DNA of 64,000 nt from Nemertoderma westbladi (lineage: Eukaryota; Animalia; Xenacoelomorpha). The stretch is taken from positions 1-64,000 of the forward strand of contig JAUCBJ010000968.1 in NCBI GenBank assembly GCA_032718475.1, in the 5' to 3' direction. The translations under genes and the position numbers were made by a program. The notes beneath the pieces were generated by a model. The model was not told the origin of the DNA and ran no database searches. It saw only the letters and a program-made list of their open reading frames with translations. Shown here in pieces: positions 14,560-26,100 of the stretch (its first letter is position 1; every line of letters begins with the position of its first letter).

Positions 14560-15200
14560 CTAGTGGCGTGCAAGCACACGGGATGTAAATCTTCACCATT
14601 ACTACACAACATAGACAGATACAGGGAAACGTAGGTATTTTGTTTCAGCTGATGAAACAAAATACCTACGTTTCCCTCTCATGATTCTAATTACACCAAT
14701 TATTGTAGTATTACAGTTGACGGCCTACATCATTACTAAAATTCATTCACCTGGAATTAGTAATAAATTCACATTCGCCCATACCTTCACTGAGAAGGCT
14801 ATCAGCTGTATAAAATATTTAACACACACTAATGCTACCCTATTAAGAATTTCAAGTTCCTAAGGGCGTGGAGTTTAGCAAACAGTATGGGTGTACTAAG
14901 TACAATAATCTTGGCAACCTCATCGACTTATACTAAGCCTGTTCGAATTAGATAAAGCCATTCTTCATCATGAACACCAGCTGTTATTGGTGTTATTTTA
15001 CCATTGCGTCTATGGCACGTTTGTTTATTTCATATTTTGCAAAAACTAATGACTGTATTTTTCTGAAAATGGCTTTATATAATACACCCATTCAGACCAT
15101 ACTCTACAGGAGGGTACTAAAAACAACACAATTCACCGGATAGTTTCGGAGCCTTTCGTGTGTCAAACAAACAGACAGACAAACAGACACGATTTTCTTA
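14560..15200 (-). mobile_element. Probable non-autonomous Helitron-like element in the nested gene's intron
   Basis: ACTAG plus short hairpin (CGTG..CACG) at ~14560 and a (CAGA/CAAA)n tract at ~15165-15190, the same layout as the Helitrons at 44.8-57 kb. No clean TC terminus seen. Confidence 0.4.
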
Positions 15201-15539
15201 CAGTAAGTAAATCTGAAGATTTACCAATAAATAAATAAAGGGGAGATTTAACTTAAAGATTTCCTGTTCACTAGAAAGTGAATAATTGAGCAAGGAAGTG
15301 GCAGGGAGGCAGTGGTTGATCTGACGCTGGCTGTTAGTCTGAAACGGCTCGGTGCAGCTCTGGTTCAACCCCCATTGATGTGCTATCATTAATTTTTTAC
15401 ACATTGGTTACGGCAGAATGCAGGTTATTGTTTTCTATCCAATAGAAGTGTCTTTCTAGTAGGATCATAACTTTGTTAATGTACGTACAACAACTTGTTT
15501 GGGCAGCTACCAAACATCGAGGTCAGCCCTACAAATAAA

Positions 15540-16620
15540 TTATATTAAAAGCATGTCCAATCATAAAGCGAGTGGATTAGATGAAATCCCTGCAGAGGTA
15601 TGGAAAACAGGAGTGCTAAACAGTAAATTATTGGATGTTTGCAACCGGATGCTTAAAGTGCAACCGGATGTGGAAGGGGAAAAGAAAAGCGAAGACCAAT
15701 TTGGAATAAATGTAAATTAAATCCTCTCTCCAAAAATGGTAAATTCGGTATGCCAACACACTATCGTGGGATCAGTCTGCTTGTGGTAGCTGCTGAAATA
15801 TACATCAAAATGATTATATATTGAATCAGACCTCACATAGAGAAACTGCTGCTTAAGAGCCAAAACGGATTTCGACCAAGTAGATAAACAATAGCTCAGA
15901 TACTAACGATATGGAGGCTACTTCAAAAAAGTATTCGACTCCATCAATAGAGGTATAATGCTAGAAATGGTAAGAGCTTATGGAATACTAGAAGTAATTG
16001 TCGCTGGCATTGGATTGTTATATTGTGACAGAGGAGCACAGGTACTCTCACCGGATGGTGAAAATGAGTTCTTCTCAATCCTGACTGGCGTACTGCAAGG
16101 TGACACACTGACGCCATTACTATTCATAATTTATTACAGGGCCTATTGTATTACGCAATGAAGGCGGCCACAAAGTGAGACTATCTTTGATTCACACTAT
16201 AAGAACGCAAGTTCTTTCGAGCCACAGTGTACAGTTATACGAGAATGAAACCTGGACACTTGACGAAATCCCTTAAACAACGATTTTATTGCTGCTGCTC
16301 AAAAGACTACTAAGGGCAGCCCTAAACATCAGCTGGAGACATCAAACCATTCTTCATGAACACTGATTAATATTCAGTGGACATTGATGGGAAAGTAAAC
16401 ACGAGGTCTTCCCTGACCTTTACTGGCAAACAACAAACAACACAATGAAAGCATAGATGTGAACGACCAGCTCATATAGGCATATACACATACAGTATAG
16501 ACCAACTTGAAAGGGATACTGGACTTTGGAGAATCGAAATTGCGCCAACTATTGAGAATCGGGAAGTCTGGGAGAATCTCATTTCCACTGGCCGAGCTCG
16601 CTTGACCTAGTATGTAGTAG
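15540..16620 (+). mobile_element. Decayed RTE-clade-like non-LTR retrotransposon fragment
   Basis: KASGLDEIPAEVWK and GVLQGDTLTPLLFII reverse-transcriptase motifs with stops/frameshifts; 3' end CTCGCTTGACCTAGTATGTAGTAG homologous to the copy ending at ~35460. Confidence 0.85.
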
Positions 16621-16640
16621 GCCTATTACTTTGTTCTCAC

Positions 16641-17190
16641 CTATGAACTGAATAAATTTTCTGAGCATTTCTCGACGATAATCTTCATCAAAACTTCCCT
16701 GATTCATGAGATTAATTGACACGTTGAAAAGATGGCAAACGTTCTCAGGTGTCATCATTTTCAGCATGTGGTTTGTGCACTCATCCACAAGGTCAGGCAA
16801 ACCGAGATCCTGTGCCATAGCTAATAGTTGGAACACAGTGGAATCAAGAATGGTTATAGTACCCGTGTATATATATTTGAGAACGGGTTTAAATATATCC
16901 GGTTCGTACCCCCTCTGTTTAACAGTGAGATGTTTATTAGAGGGTTGAAATAATTCCTTGGCGTAGTTTTGTCGGTAGGACCTACAACGTGTCCATATCA
17001 TGAGTTTGTGTGCGAATACTTTAATCTCCTTTACTCCTATTATAAACTCGACGTCGGAACATTCAATGTCTTCTAAAAGACCCGCCAAATCTTCTATTAA
17101 AATATCATGAGTCACAACTTTTGTCTTTGTTTCAACTGCCTTTACATTTCTTTTCATCTCGTAACTGGTTTCAGAATCAGAGATATCCAT
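16641..17190 (-). CDS. BTB-BACK-TLDc protein, exon 1 (BTB/POZ domain)
   Basis: ATG at 17190; BTB motifs SDVEFIIG...FAHKLMI..RC, FKPVLKYIYTG, LLAMA..LGL.DLVDEC. Donor ATAG|gtgaga after 16641 (550 nt, phase 1). Spliced product is 512 aa. Confidence 0.92.
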
Positions 17191-17544
17191 CTTTGTTTAC
17201 TTTTTATTTGCTATAAGTAATACAATGAAGAAATAGAAATGTGACAATAATTATCAGATACGTATGATGACCGATTATTATGTATTTATCATTGGGTAAT
17301 TATCATATCATTAGTTTCTTGATTGTTATTGCATGGTGTACCTACAATAGGTTATTAGTAAACGAAAAGTTTATTTGCAACAAATATTACACAATAAATA
17401 CGTACAACATTAGCTAAATCTGCACAGTACACTTAATATTATGAGTTGTTTCCATCACGACTAATAAATTTATTTAAAACAAAGATCTCTAAGTTTGCCA
17501 AAAATATTTATCAAAGCAAACCATATTTGATCTCTTCAATATAG

Positions 17545-17773
17545 AGTTCGGTGACACGGGTTGGGCTGGTGAAGAAGCATCATTCTCGTTTCTTGGCGGC
17601 ACCAGTTTCACCGACAACGCCTGGAAGCAATTCCTAAAACGATCAACCATCAGCGATTACAGTGACGTGCTGCGATTAGCGATTTTTGATAAGGAACTTG
17701 TGCAAAAAGCCGGGCATGCTAAGGAAGATTTTATACTGCAATGCTCGTATAATGGTAGAGAATGCAATTATAC
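17545..17773 (+). CDS. DEG/ENaC channel exon (end of finger region; GH..EDFILQC motif)
   Basis: caatatag| acceptor, |gtaagt donor; encodes EFGDTGWAGEEASFSFLGGTSFTDNAWKQFLKRSTISDYSDVLRLAIFDKELVQKAGHAKEDFILQCSYNGRECNYT. Absent from the ORF track. Phase 1 start, phase 2 end. Confidence 0.88.
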
Positions 17774-19219
17774 GTAAGTTTTAATTTAACTTTATGAAAC
17801 TCCACGGCATACAAAATTACTTATTGTATCAATAATATTTCGGAATCCCTTAAATAACATGTATGCCATCTCTATCTGTATTACTCGAAGACTTTACAAC
17901 AAAGACTTTGCGCAGCGAATACATGGGAATTTAAAACCTGCAAATGGATCTGCGTTATTACAATATTGTAAGACCACTCAATGCTCAATACAAACTGAGA
18001 AATGATACATATATCCCCGTAGTGCGGGGCGAGAAAAAAAAGTGATTGAAGCCATAGCATAGGGGTACCTTTAACGAGTTGTCAGTACGTCTGTAGTCGT
18101 CCAATTCTTCATAATTAATAACTCGTTCATTCCTTGATGAAATTAAACCAAACTTGGTACGTATGTAGTCCGTCAAAAGTGTAGAAAGTATCTGAAATTT
18201 GGTCAAAAATGAGACAGTCTGTCAGTCGGTACCGGTAGTTTTAGACTTGATAAAAACCGAAATGAATCGGTCAATCATTGATGAAATTAAACCAAACTTT
18301 GTAAACATGTGGTCTGTTCAAGGTTTAGAAAGATTCTGAAATTCCTAGCCGGCGTATTTTTCAATACAAACAAGTACCCGGATTACAGCTTTTCAGGTTA
18401 TCTGAATCTCGTGCTGCGCGAAGGCCCCACGAATTAGAAGCATGTGTGTGTTCATCAAAGTTAGTTAATGGGCATATGAAGCCAGGTGCCTGGAGCAACT
18501 GAACAGTTTCAGTTAGTTAGGCCTATATAGTTTGTGGGGTTAGTCAAGATGGAGTCAAACCATTAATCCCGGATTACACACCTTTCGGTGACAAGATCCT
18601 CATAAACTCCATCCTAAATGATGTTGAAACAAGTATATCATTGAAAAGGCAGTGTATCCTTGATTATTACGATAAAAACTGGGTTTAACTTTAAGGAGGG
18701 GGGGGGGGGTGCTTTACGTCTCGGAGAGACCTCCAGGTTTTGAAGGATTAATATTAAGTACGACACAATATTTTTAATTTGTATTGAATATGCTGTAATT
18801 GTGTTTCTCTTTCTTTGAGATGGTTCTTGTAATAAAATTTTTTCTTATATATTTGTGTGTATGACCATTTTATATATACTTTTATTATTTGAGACCTCTA
18901 TATATTGAATATATAATATAGCCACCGGGGCGCAAGCCGGGAATGAAATTGAAAATTGAATTGATAGCGTGGTGACAGCGCGGTGACAGCCCGTTCACAA
19001 TTTATTTTTGTTCAGATTTTTGCATAGCAAAATGGAAAGAGGACACAATTTCGAATTTCACATTTTCTCACAATTTATCCCTGTTATCCAATCAGTAATA
19101 CTGCGGGAACCATTAAACCAACTTGCCTGTCAGATAAATAGATAGTCAGTATTTTTACTCCACCTTAATCACTTTCTTTTATTACGATCGACATTTACAG
19201 TACTAAATGTCAATTGCAG

Positions 19220-19326
19220 ATTTTTTAAAGAGGTAATTAATAAAAAGTACGGTCGTTGCTACATATTCAACGATGGGATAGACACCCAGGAAACGTACAA
19301 AACTACACAAACCGGTTCAGAATTTG
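19220..19326 (+). CDS. DEG/ENaC channel exon (YGxCYxFN signature)
   Basis: ttgcag| ... |gtaagt; FFKEVINKKYGRCYIFNDGIDTQETYKTTQTGSEFG; phase 2 to 1. Confidence 0.93.
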
Positions 19327-19864
19327 GTAAGTTTTTTCAATATTCTAACGGCCTTATTTTGCACGACAAGGTGTATTTCGATCAATTTAAAATATAATTT
19401 GATTGCGATTTTGAATAACATTGTGACCATGGAGCCAGAACAACACTCACCAAAACGTATCGTTTCGAGAAAAACGAAAAAACTATCTCATTTGCCTCAG
19501 TGTGGATCCCGTCTCATGATCCGATCCCAGGATTTTGGGTTTGTGTTTGAGTTTGTGGTTTTGCTTCCACTTGGGTTAGTGTGGTGTGGGTAGATTTACC
19601 TCTGATATTTTAACACTTTAATGTTATGTTGGTTATTCTGGTTCTCATATTATTTTCTCAATATATCTTCCAAATGGATACGGCAACGGCTCTATGATTT
19701 TAACATATGATGCATACATAACTCCATGTATTGTTCTGCCTATATATATTTATGCGACTCTGTCTCTACTTTACAGAGTTCTTAACCTATGTATTATTGA
19801 TTTATTAAACTTTTCACTAAAGGGTTGAAGTTGTATTATTGATTTATTAAACTTTTCACTAAAG

Positions 19865-20028
19865 GGTTGAAGTTGACGTTGAATGTAGAATCTGAAGAGC
19901 ACATTGGTCTATTGTCCCATGATTCTGGTGTAAGATTATCTATTAACCATCCGAAATACTTGGTTGTTCCCGAGATTGAAGGATACCAAATCCCTACCGG
20001 TATGAAATCATCCTTCTCTTTGAAAATG
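19865..20028 (+). CDS. DEG/ENaC channel exon (beta-ball/palm strands)
   Basis: GLKLTLNVESEEHIGLLSHDSGVRLSINHPKYLVVPEIEGYQIPTGMKSSFSLKM; ag| acceptor, |gtttgt donor; phase 1 to 0. Confidence 0.9.
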
Positions 20029-20116
20029 GTTTGTTAATCTTTATAATAATAACAATAATTAATTACTCAATTGAGTGAGATAGTTCAAAAATTTAGGATT
20101 ATAACGCGGAGACAAA

Positions 20117-23100
20117 GGTAATAGTGTAGTGCAGTGGCGCAGTGTAAGGATGGATGTAATAGAGTAGAGGGGAGCGCAGTGTGAGGATGGAGGTAATAGA
20201 GTAGAGGAGAGCGCAGTGTGAGGATGGAGGTAATAGAGTAGAGGGGAGCGCAGTGTGAGGATGGAGGTAATAGAGTAGAGGGGAGCGCAGTGTGAGGATG
20301 GATGTAATAGAGTAGAGGGGAGCGCAGTGTGAGGATGGAGGTAATAGAGTAGAGGGGAGCGCAGTGTGGGGATGGATGTAATAGAGTAGAGGGGAGCGCA
20401 GTGAGGGGATGGAGGTAATAGAGTAGAGGGGAGCGCAGTGAGGGGATGGAGGTAATAGAGTAGAGGGGAGCGCAGTGTGAGGATGGATGTAATAGAGTAG
20501 AGGGGAGCGCAGTGTGAGGATGGATGTAATAGAGTAGAGGGGAGCGCAGTGTGAGGATGGAGGTAATAGAGTAGAGGGGAGCGCAGTGTGAGGATGGATG
20601 TAATAGAGTAGAGGGGAGCGCAGTGTGAGGATGGAGGTAATAGAGTAGAGGGGAGCGCAGTGTGAGGATGGATGTAATAGAGTAGAGGGGAGCGCAGTAT
20701 GAGGATGGATGTAATAGAGTAGAGGGGAGCGCAGTGTGAGGATGGATGTAATAGAGTAGAGGGGAGCGCAGTGTGAGGATGGAGGTAATAGAGTAGAGGG
20801 GAGCGCAGTGTGAGGATGGAGGTAATAGAGTAGAGGGGAGCGCAGTGTGAGGATGGATGTAATAGAGTAGAGGGGAGCGCAGTGTGAGGATGGATGTAAT
20901 AGAGTAGAGGGGAGCGCAGTGTGAGGATGGATGTAATAGAGTAGAGGGGAGCGCAGTGAGGGGATGGAGGTAATAGAGTAGAGGGGAGCGCAGTGTGAGG
21001 ATGGAGGTAATAGAGTAGAGGGGAGCGCAGTGTGAGGATGGAGGTAATAGAGTAGAGGGGAGCGCAGTGAGGGGATGGAGGTAATAGAGTAGAGGGGAGC
21101 GCAGTGTGAGGATGGAGGTAATAGAGTAGAGGGGAGCGCAGTGAGGGGATGGAGGTAATAGAGTAGAGGGGAGCGCAGTGTGAGGATGGAGGTAATAGAG
21201 TAGAGGGGAGCGCAGTGTGAGGATGGAGGTAATAGAGTAGAGGGGGTCGCAGTGTGAGGATGTAGGTAATAGAGTAGAGGGGAGCGCAGTGCGGGGATGG
21301 AGGTAATAGAGTAGAGGGGAGCGCTGTGTGAGGATGGAGGTATTAGAGTAGAGGGGAGCGCAGTGAGGGGATGGAGGTAATAGAGTAGAGGGGAGCGCAG
21401 TGTGAGGATGGAGGTAATAGAGTAGAGGGGAGCGCAGTGTGAGGATGGAGGTAATAGAGTAGAGGGGGTCGCAGTGTGAGGATGTAGGTAATAGAGTAGA
21501 GGGGAGCGCAGTGCGGGGATGGAGGTAATAGAGTAGAGGGGAGCGCAGTGTGAGGATGGAGTAATAGAGTAGAGGGGAGCGCAGTGTGAGGATGGAGGTA
21601 ATAGAGTAGAGGGGAGCGCAGTGTGAGGATGGATGTAATAGAGTAGAGGGGAGCGCAGTGTGAGGATGGAGGTAATAGAGTAGAGGGGAGCGCAGTGTGA
21701 GGATGGAGGTAATAGAGTAGAGGGGAGCGCAGTGTGAGGATGGAGGTAGTAGAGTAGAGGGGAGCGCAGTGTGAGGATGGAGGTAATAGAGTAGAGGGGA
21801 GCGCAGTGTGAGGATGGCTGTAATAGATTAGAGGGGAGCGCAGTGTGAGGATGGAGGTAATAGAGTAGAGGGGAGCGCAGTGTGAGGATGGAGGTAATAG
21901 AGTAGAGGGGAGCGCAGTGTGAGGATGGAGGTAATAGAGTAGAGGGGAGCGCAGTGTGAGGATGGAGGTAATAGAGTAGAGGGGAGCGCAGTGTGAGGAT
22001 GGATGTAATAGAGTAGAGGGGAGCGCAGCGTGAGGATGGAGGTAATAGAGTAGAGGGGAGCGCAGTGTGAGGATGGAGGTAATAGAGTAGAGGGGAGCGC
22101 AGTGTGAGGATGGAGGTAATAGAGTAGAGGGGAGCGCAGTGTGAGGATGGAGGTAATAGAGTAGAGGGGAGCGCAGTGTGAGGATGGATGTAATAGAGTA
22201 GAGGGGAGCGCAGCGTGAGGATGGAGGTAATAGAGTAGAGGGGAGCGCAGTGTGAGGATGGCTGTAATAGAGTAGAGGGGAGCGCAGTGTGAGGATGGAG
22301 GTAATAGAGTAGAGGGGAGCGCAGTGTGAGGATGGAGGTAATAGAGTAGAGGGGAGCGCAGTGTGAGGATGGAGGTAATAGAGTAGAGGGGAGCGCAGTG
22401 TGAGGATGGATGTAATAGAGTAGAGGGGAGCGCAGTGTGAGGATGGCTGTAATAGAGTAGAGGGGAGCGCAGTGTGAGGATGGAGGTAATAGAGTAGAGG
22501 GGAGCGCAGTGTGAGGATGGAGGTAATAGAGTAGAGGGGAGCGCAGTGTGAGGATGGAGGTAATAGAGTAGAGGGGAGCGCAGTGTGAGGATGGAGGTAA
22601 TAGAGTAGAGGGGAGCGCAGTGTGAGGATGGATGTAATAGAGTAGAGGGGAGCGCAGCGTGAGGATGGAGGTAATAGAGTAGAGGGGAGCGCTGTGTGAG
22701 GATGGAGGTAATAGAGTAGAGGGGAGCGCAGTGTGAGGATGGAGGTAATAGAGTAGAGGGGAGCGCAGTGTGAGGATGGAGGTAATAGAGTAGAGGGGAG
22801 CGCAGTGTGAGGATGGAGGTAATAGAGTAGAGGGGAGCGCAGTGTGAGGATGGAGGTAATAGAGTAGAGGGGAGCGCAGTGTGAGGATGGAGGTAATAGA
22901 GTAGAGGGGAGCGCAGTGTGGGGATGGAGGTAATAGAGTAGAGGGGAGCGCAGGGTGAGGATGGATGTAATAGAGTAGAGGGGAGCGTAGTGTGAGGATG
23001 GATGTAATAGAGTAGAGGGGGCCGCAGTGTGAGGATGGAGGTAATAGAGTAGAGGGGAGCGCAGTGTGGGGATGGAGGTAATAGAGTAGAGGGGAGCGCA

Positions 23101-26100
23101 GGGTGAGGATGGATGTAATAGAGTAGAGGGGAGCGTAGTGTGAGGATGGATGTAATAGAGTAGAGGGGGCCGCAGTGTGAGGATGGAGGTAATAGAGTAG
23201 AGGGGAGCGCAGTGTGGGGATGGAGGTAATAGAGTAGAGGGGAGCGCAGTGTGGGGATGGAGGTAATAGAGTAGAGGGGAGCGCAGTGTGGGGATGGAGG
23301 TAATAGAGTAGAGGGGAGCGCAGTGTGAGGATGGAGGTAATAGAGTAGAGGGGAGCGCAGTGTGAGGATGGAGGTAATAGAGTAGAGGGGAGCGCAGTGT
23401 GAGGATGGAGGTAATAGAGTAGAGGGGAGCGCAGTGTGAGGATGGATGTAATAGAGTAGAGGAGAGCGCAGTGTGAGGATGGAGGTAATAGAGTAGAAGG
23501 GAGCGCAGTGTGAGGATGGAGGTAATAGAGTAGAGGGGAGCGCAGTGTGAGGATGGATGTAATAGAGTAGAGGAGAGCGCAGTGTGAGGATGGAGGTAAT
23601 AGAGTAGAGGGGAGCGCAGTGTGAGGATGGATGTAATAGAGTAGAGGGGAGCGCAGTGTGGGGATGGAGGTAATAGAGTAGAGGGGAGCGTAGTGTGAGG
23701 ATGGAGGTAATAGAGTAGAGGGGAGCGCAGTGTGAGGATGGAGGTAATAGAGTAGAGGGGAGCGCAGTGTGAGGATGGAGGTAATAGAGTAGAGGGGAGC
23801 GCAGTGTGAGGATGGAGGTAATAGAGTAGAGGGGAGCGCAGCGTGAGGATGGAGGTAATAGAGTAGAGGGGAGCGCAGTGTGAGGATGGAGGTAATAGAG
23901 TAGAGGGGAGCGCAGTGTGAGGATGGATGTAATAGAGTAGAGGGGAGCGCAGTGTGAGGATGGAGGTAATAGAGTAGAGGGGGGCGCCGTGTGAGGATGG
24001 AGTAATAGAGTAGAGGAGAGCGCAGTGTGAGGATGGAGGTAATAGAGTAGAAGGGAGCGCAGTGTGAGGATGGAGGTAATAGAGTAGAGGGGAGCGCAGT
24101 GTGAGGATGGAGGTAATAGAGTAGAGGGGAGCGCAGTGTGAGGATGGATGTAATAGAGTAGAGGGGGGCGCAGTGTGAGGATGGAGGTAATAGAGTAGAG
24201 GGGAGCGCAGTGTGAGGATGGCGGTAATAGAGTAGAGGGGAGCGCAGCGTGAGGATGGATGTAATAGAGTAGAGGGGAGCGCAGTGAGGGGATTGAGGTA
24301 ATAGAGTAGAGGGGAGCGCAGTGTGAGGATGGAGGTAATAGAGTAGAGGGGAGCGCAGTGTGAGGATGGAGGTAATAGAGTAGAGGGGAGCGCAGTGTGA
24401 GGATGGAGGTAATAGAGTAGAGTGGAGCGCAGTGTGAGGATGGATGTAATAGAGTAGAGGGGGGCGCAGTGTGAGGATGGATGTAATAGAGTAGAGGGGA
24501 GCGTAGTGTGAGGATGGAGGTAATAGAGTAGAGGGGAGCGCAGTGTGAGGATGGATGTAATAGAGTAGAGGGGGGCGCAGTGTGAGGATGGAGGTAATAG
24601 AGTAGAGGGGGGCGCAGTGTGAGGATGGATGTAATAGAGTAGAGGAGAGCGCAGTGTGAGGATGGAGGTAATAGAGTAGAGGGGAGCGCAGTGTGAGGAT
24701 GGATGTAATAGAGTAGAGGGGAGCGCAGTGTGAGGATGGAGGTAATAGAGTAGAGGGGAGCGCAGTGTGAGGATGGAGGTAATAGAGTAGAGGGGAGCGC
24801 AGTGTGAGGATGGAGGTAATAGAGTAGAGGGGAGCGCAGTGTGAGGATGGAGGTAATAGAGTAGAGGGGAGCGCAGTGTGAGGATGGATGTAATAGAGTA
24901 GAGGGGAGCGTAGTGTGAGGATGGAGGTAATAGAGTAGAGGGGAGCGCAGTGTGAGGATGGATGTAATAGAGTAGAGGGGAGCGCAGTGTGGGGATGGAG
25001 GTAATAGAGTAGAGGGGAGCGCAGTGAGGGGATGGAGGTAATAGAGTAGAGGGGAGCGCAGTATGAGGATGGAGGTAATAGAGTAGAGGGGGGCGCAGTG
25101 TGAGGATGGATGTAATAGAGTAGAGGGGGGCGCAGTGTGAGGATGGATGTAATAGAGTAGAGGGGAGCGTAGTGTGAGGATGGAGGTAATAGAGTAGAGG
25201 GGAGCGCAGTGTGGGGATGGAGGTAATAGAGTAGAGGGGGGCGCAGTGTGAGGATGGAGGTAATAGAGTAGAGGGGGGCGCAGTGTGAGGATGGATGTAA
25301 TAGAGTAGAGGGGGGCGCAGTGTGAGGATGGATGTAATAGAGTAGAGGGGAGCGTAGTGTGAGGATGGAGGTAATAGAGTAGAGGGGAGCGCAGTGTGAG
25401 GATGGAGGTAATAGAGTAGAGTGGAGCGCAGTGTGAGGATGGATGTAATAGAGTAGAGGGGAGCGCAGTATGAGGATGGAGGTAATAGAGTAGAGGGGGG
25501 CGCAGTGTGAGGATGGATGTAATAGAGTAGAGGGGGGCGCAGTGTGAGGATGGATGTAATAGAGTAGAGGGGAGCGTAGTGTGAGGATGGAGGTAATAGA
25601 GTAGAGGGGAGCGCAGTGTGAGGATGGATGTAATAGAGTAGAGGGGAGCGCAGCGTGAGGATGGATGTAATAGAGTAGATGGGAGCTCAGTGAGGGGATG
25701 GAGGTAATAGAGTAGAGTGGAGCGCAGTGTGAGGATGGATGTAATAGAGTAGAGGGGAGCGCAGTGTGAGGATGGAGGTAATAGAGTAGAGGGGAGCGCA
25801 GTGTGAGGATGGAGGTAATAGAGTAGAGGGGAGCGCAGTGTGAGGATGGAGGTAATAGAGTAGAGGGGGGCGCAGTGTGAGGATGGAGGTAATAGAGTAG
25901 AGGGGAGCGCAGTGTGAGGATGGAGGTAATAGAGTAGAGGGGAGCGCAGCGTGAGGATGGATGTAATAGAGTAGAGGGGAGCGCAGTGAGGGGATGGAGG
26001 TAATAGAGTAGAGTGGAGCGCAGTGTGAGGATGGATGTAATAGAGTAGAGGGGAGCGCAGTGTGAGGATGGAGGTAATAGAGTAGAGGGGAGCGCAGTGT

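Noticed and set aside
16579-16640. C-terminal tail of the 203-aa ORF (ENKVIGLLHTRSSELGQWK)
   Set aside because: Read-through past the splice donor into the intron and the antisense LINE 3' end.
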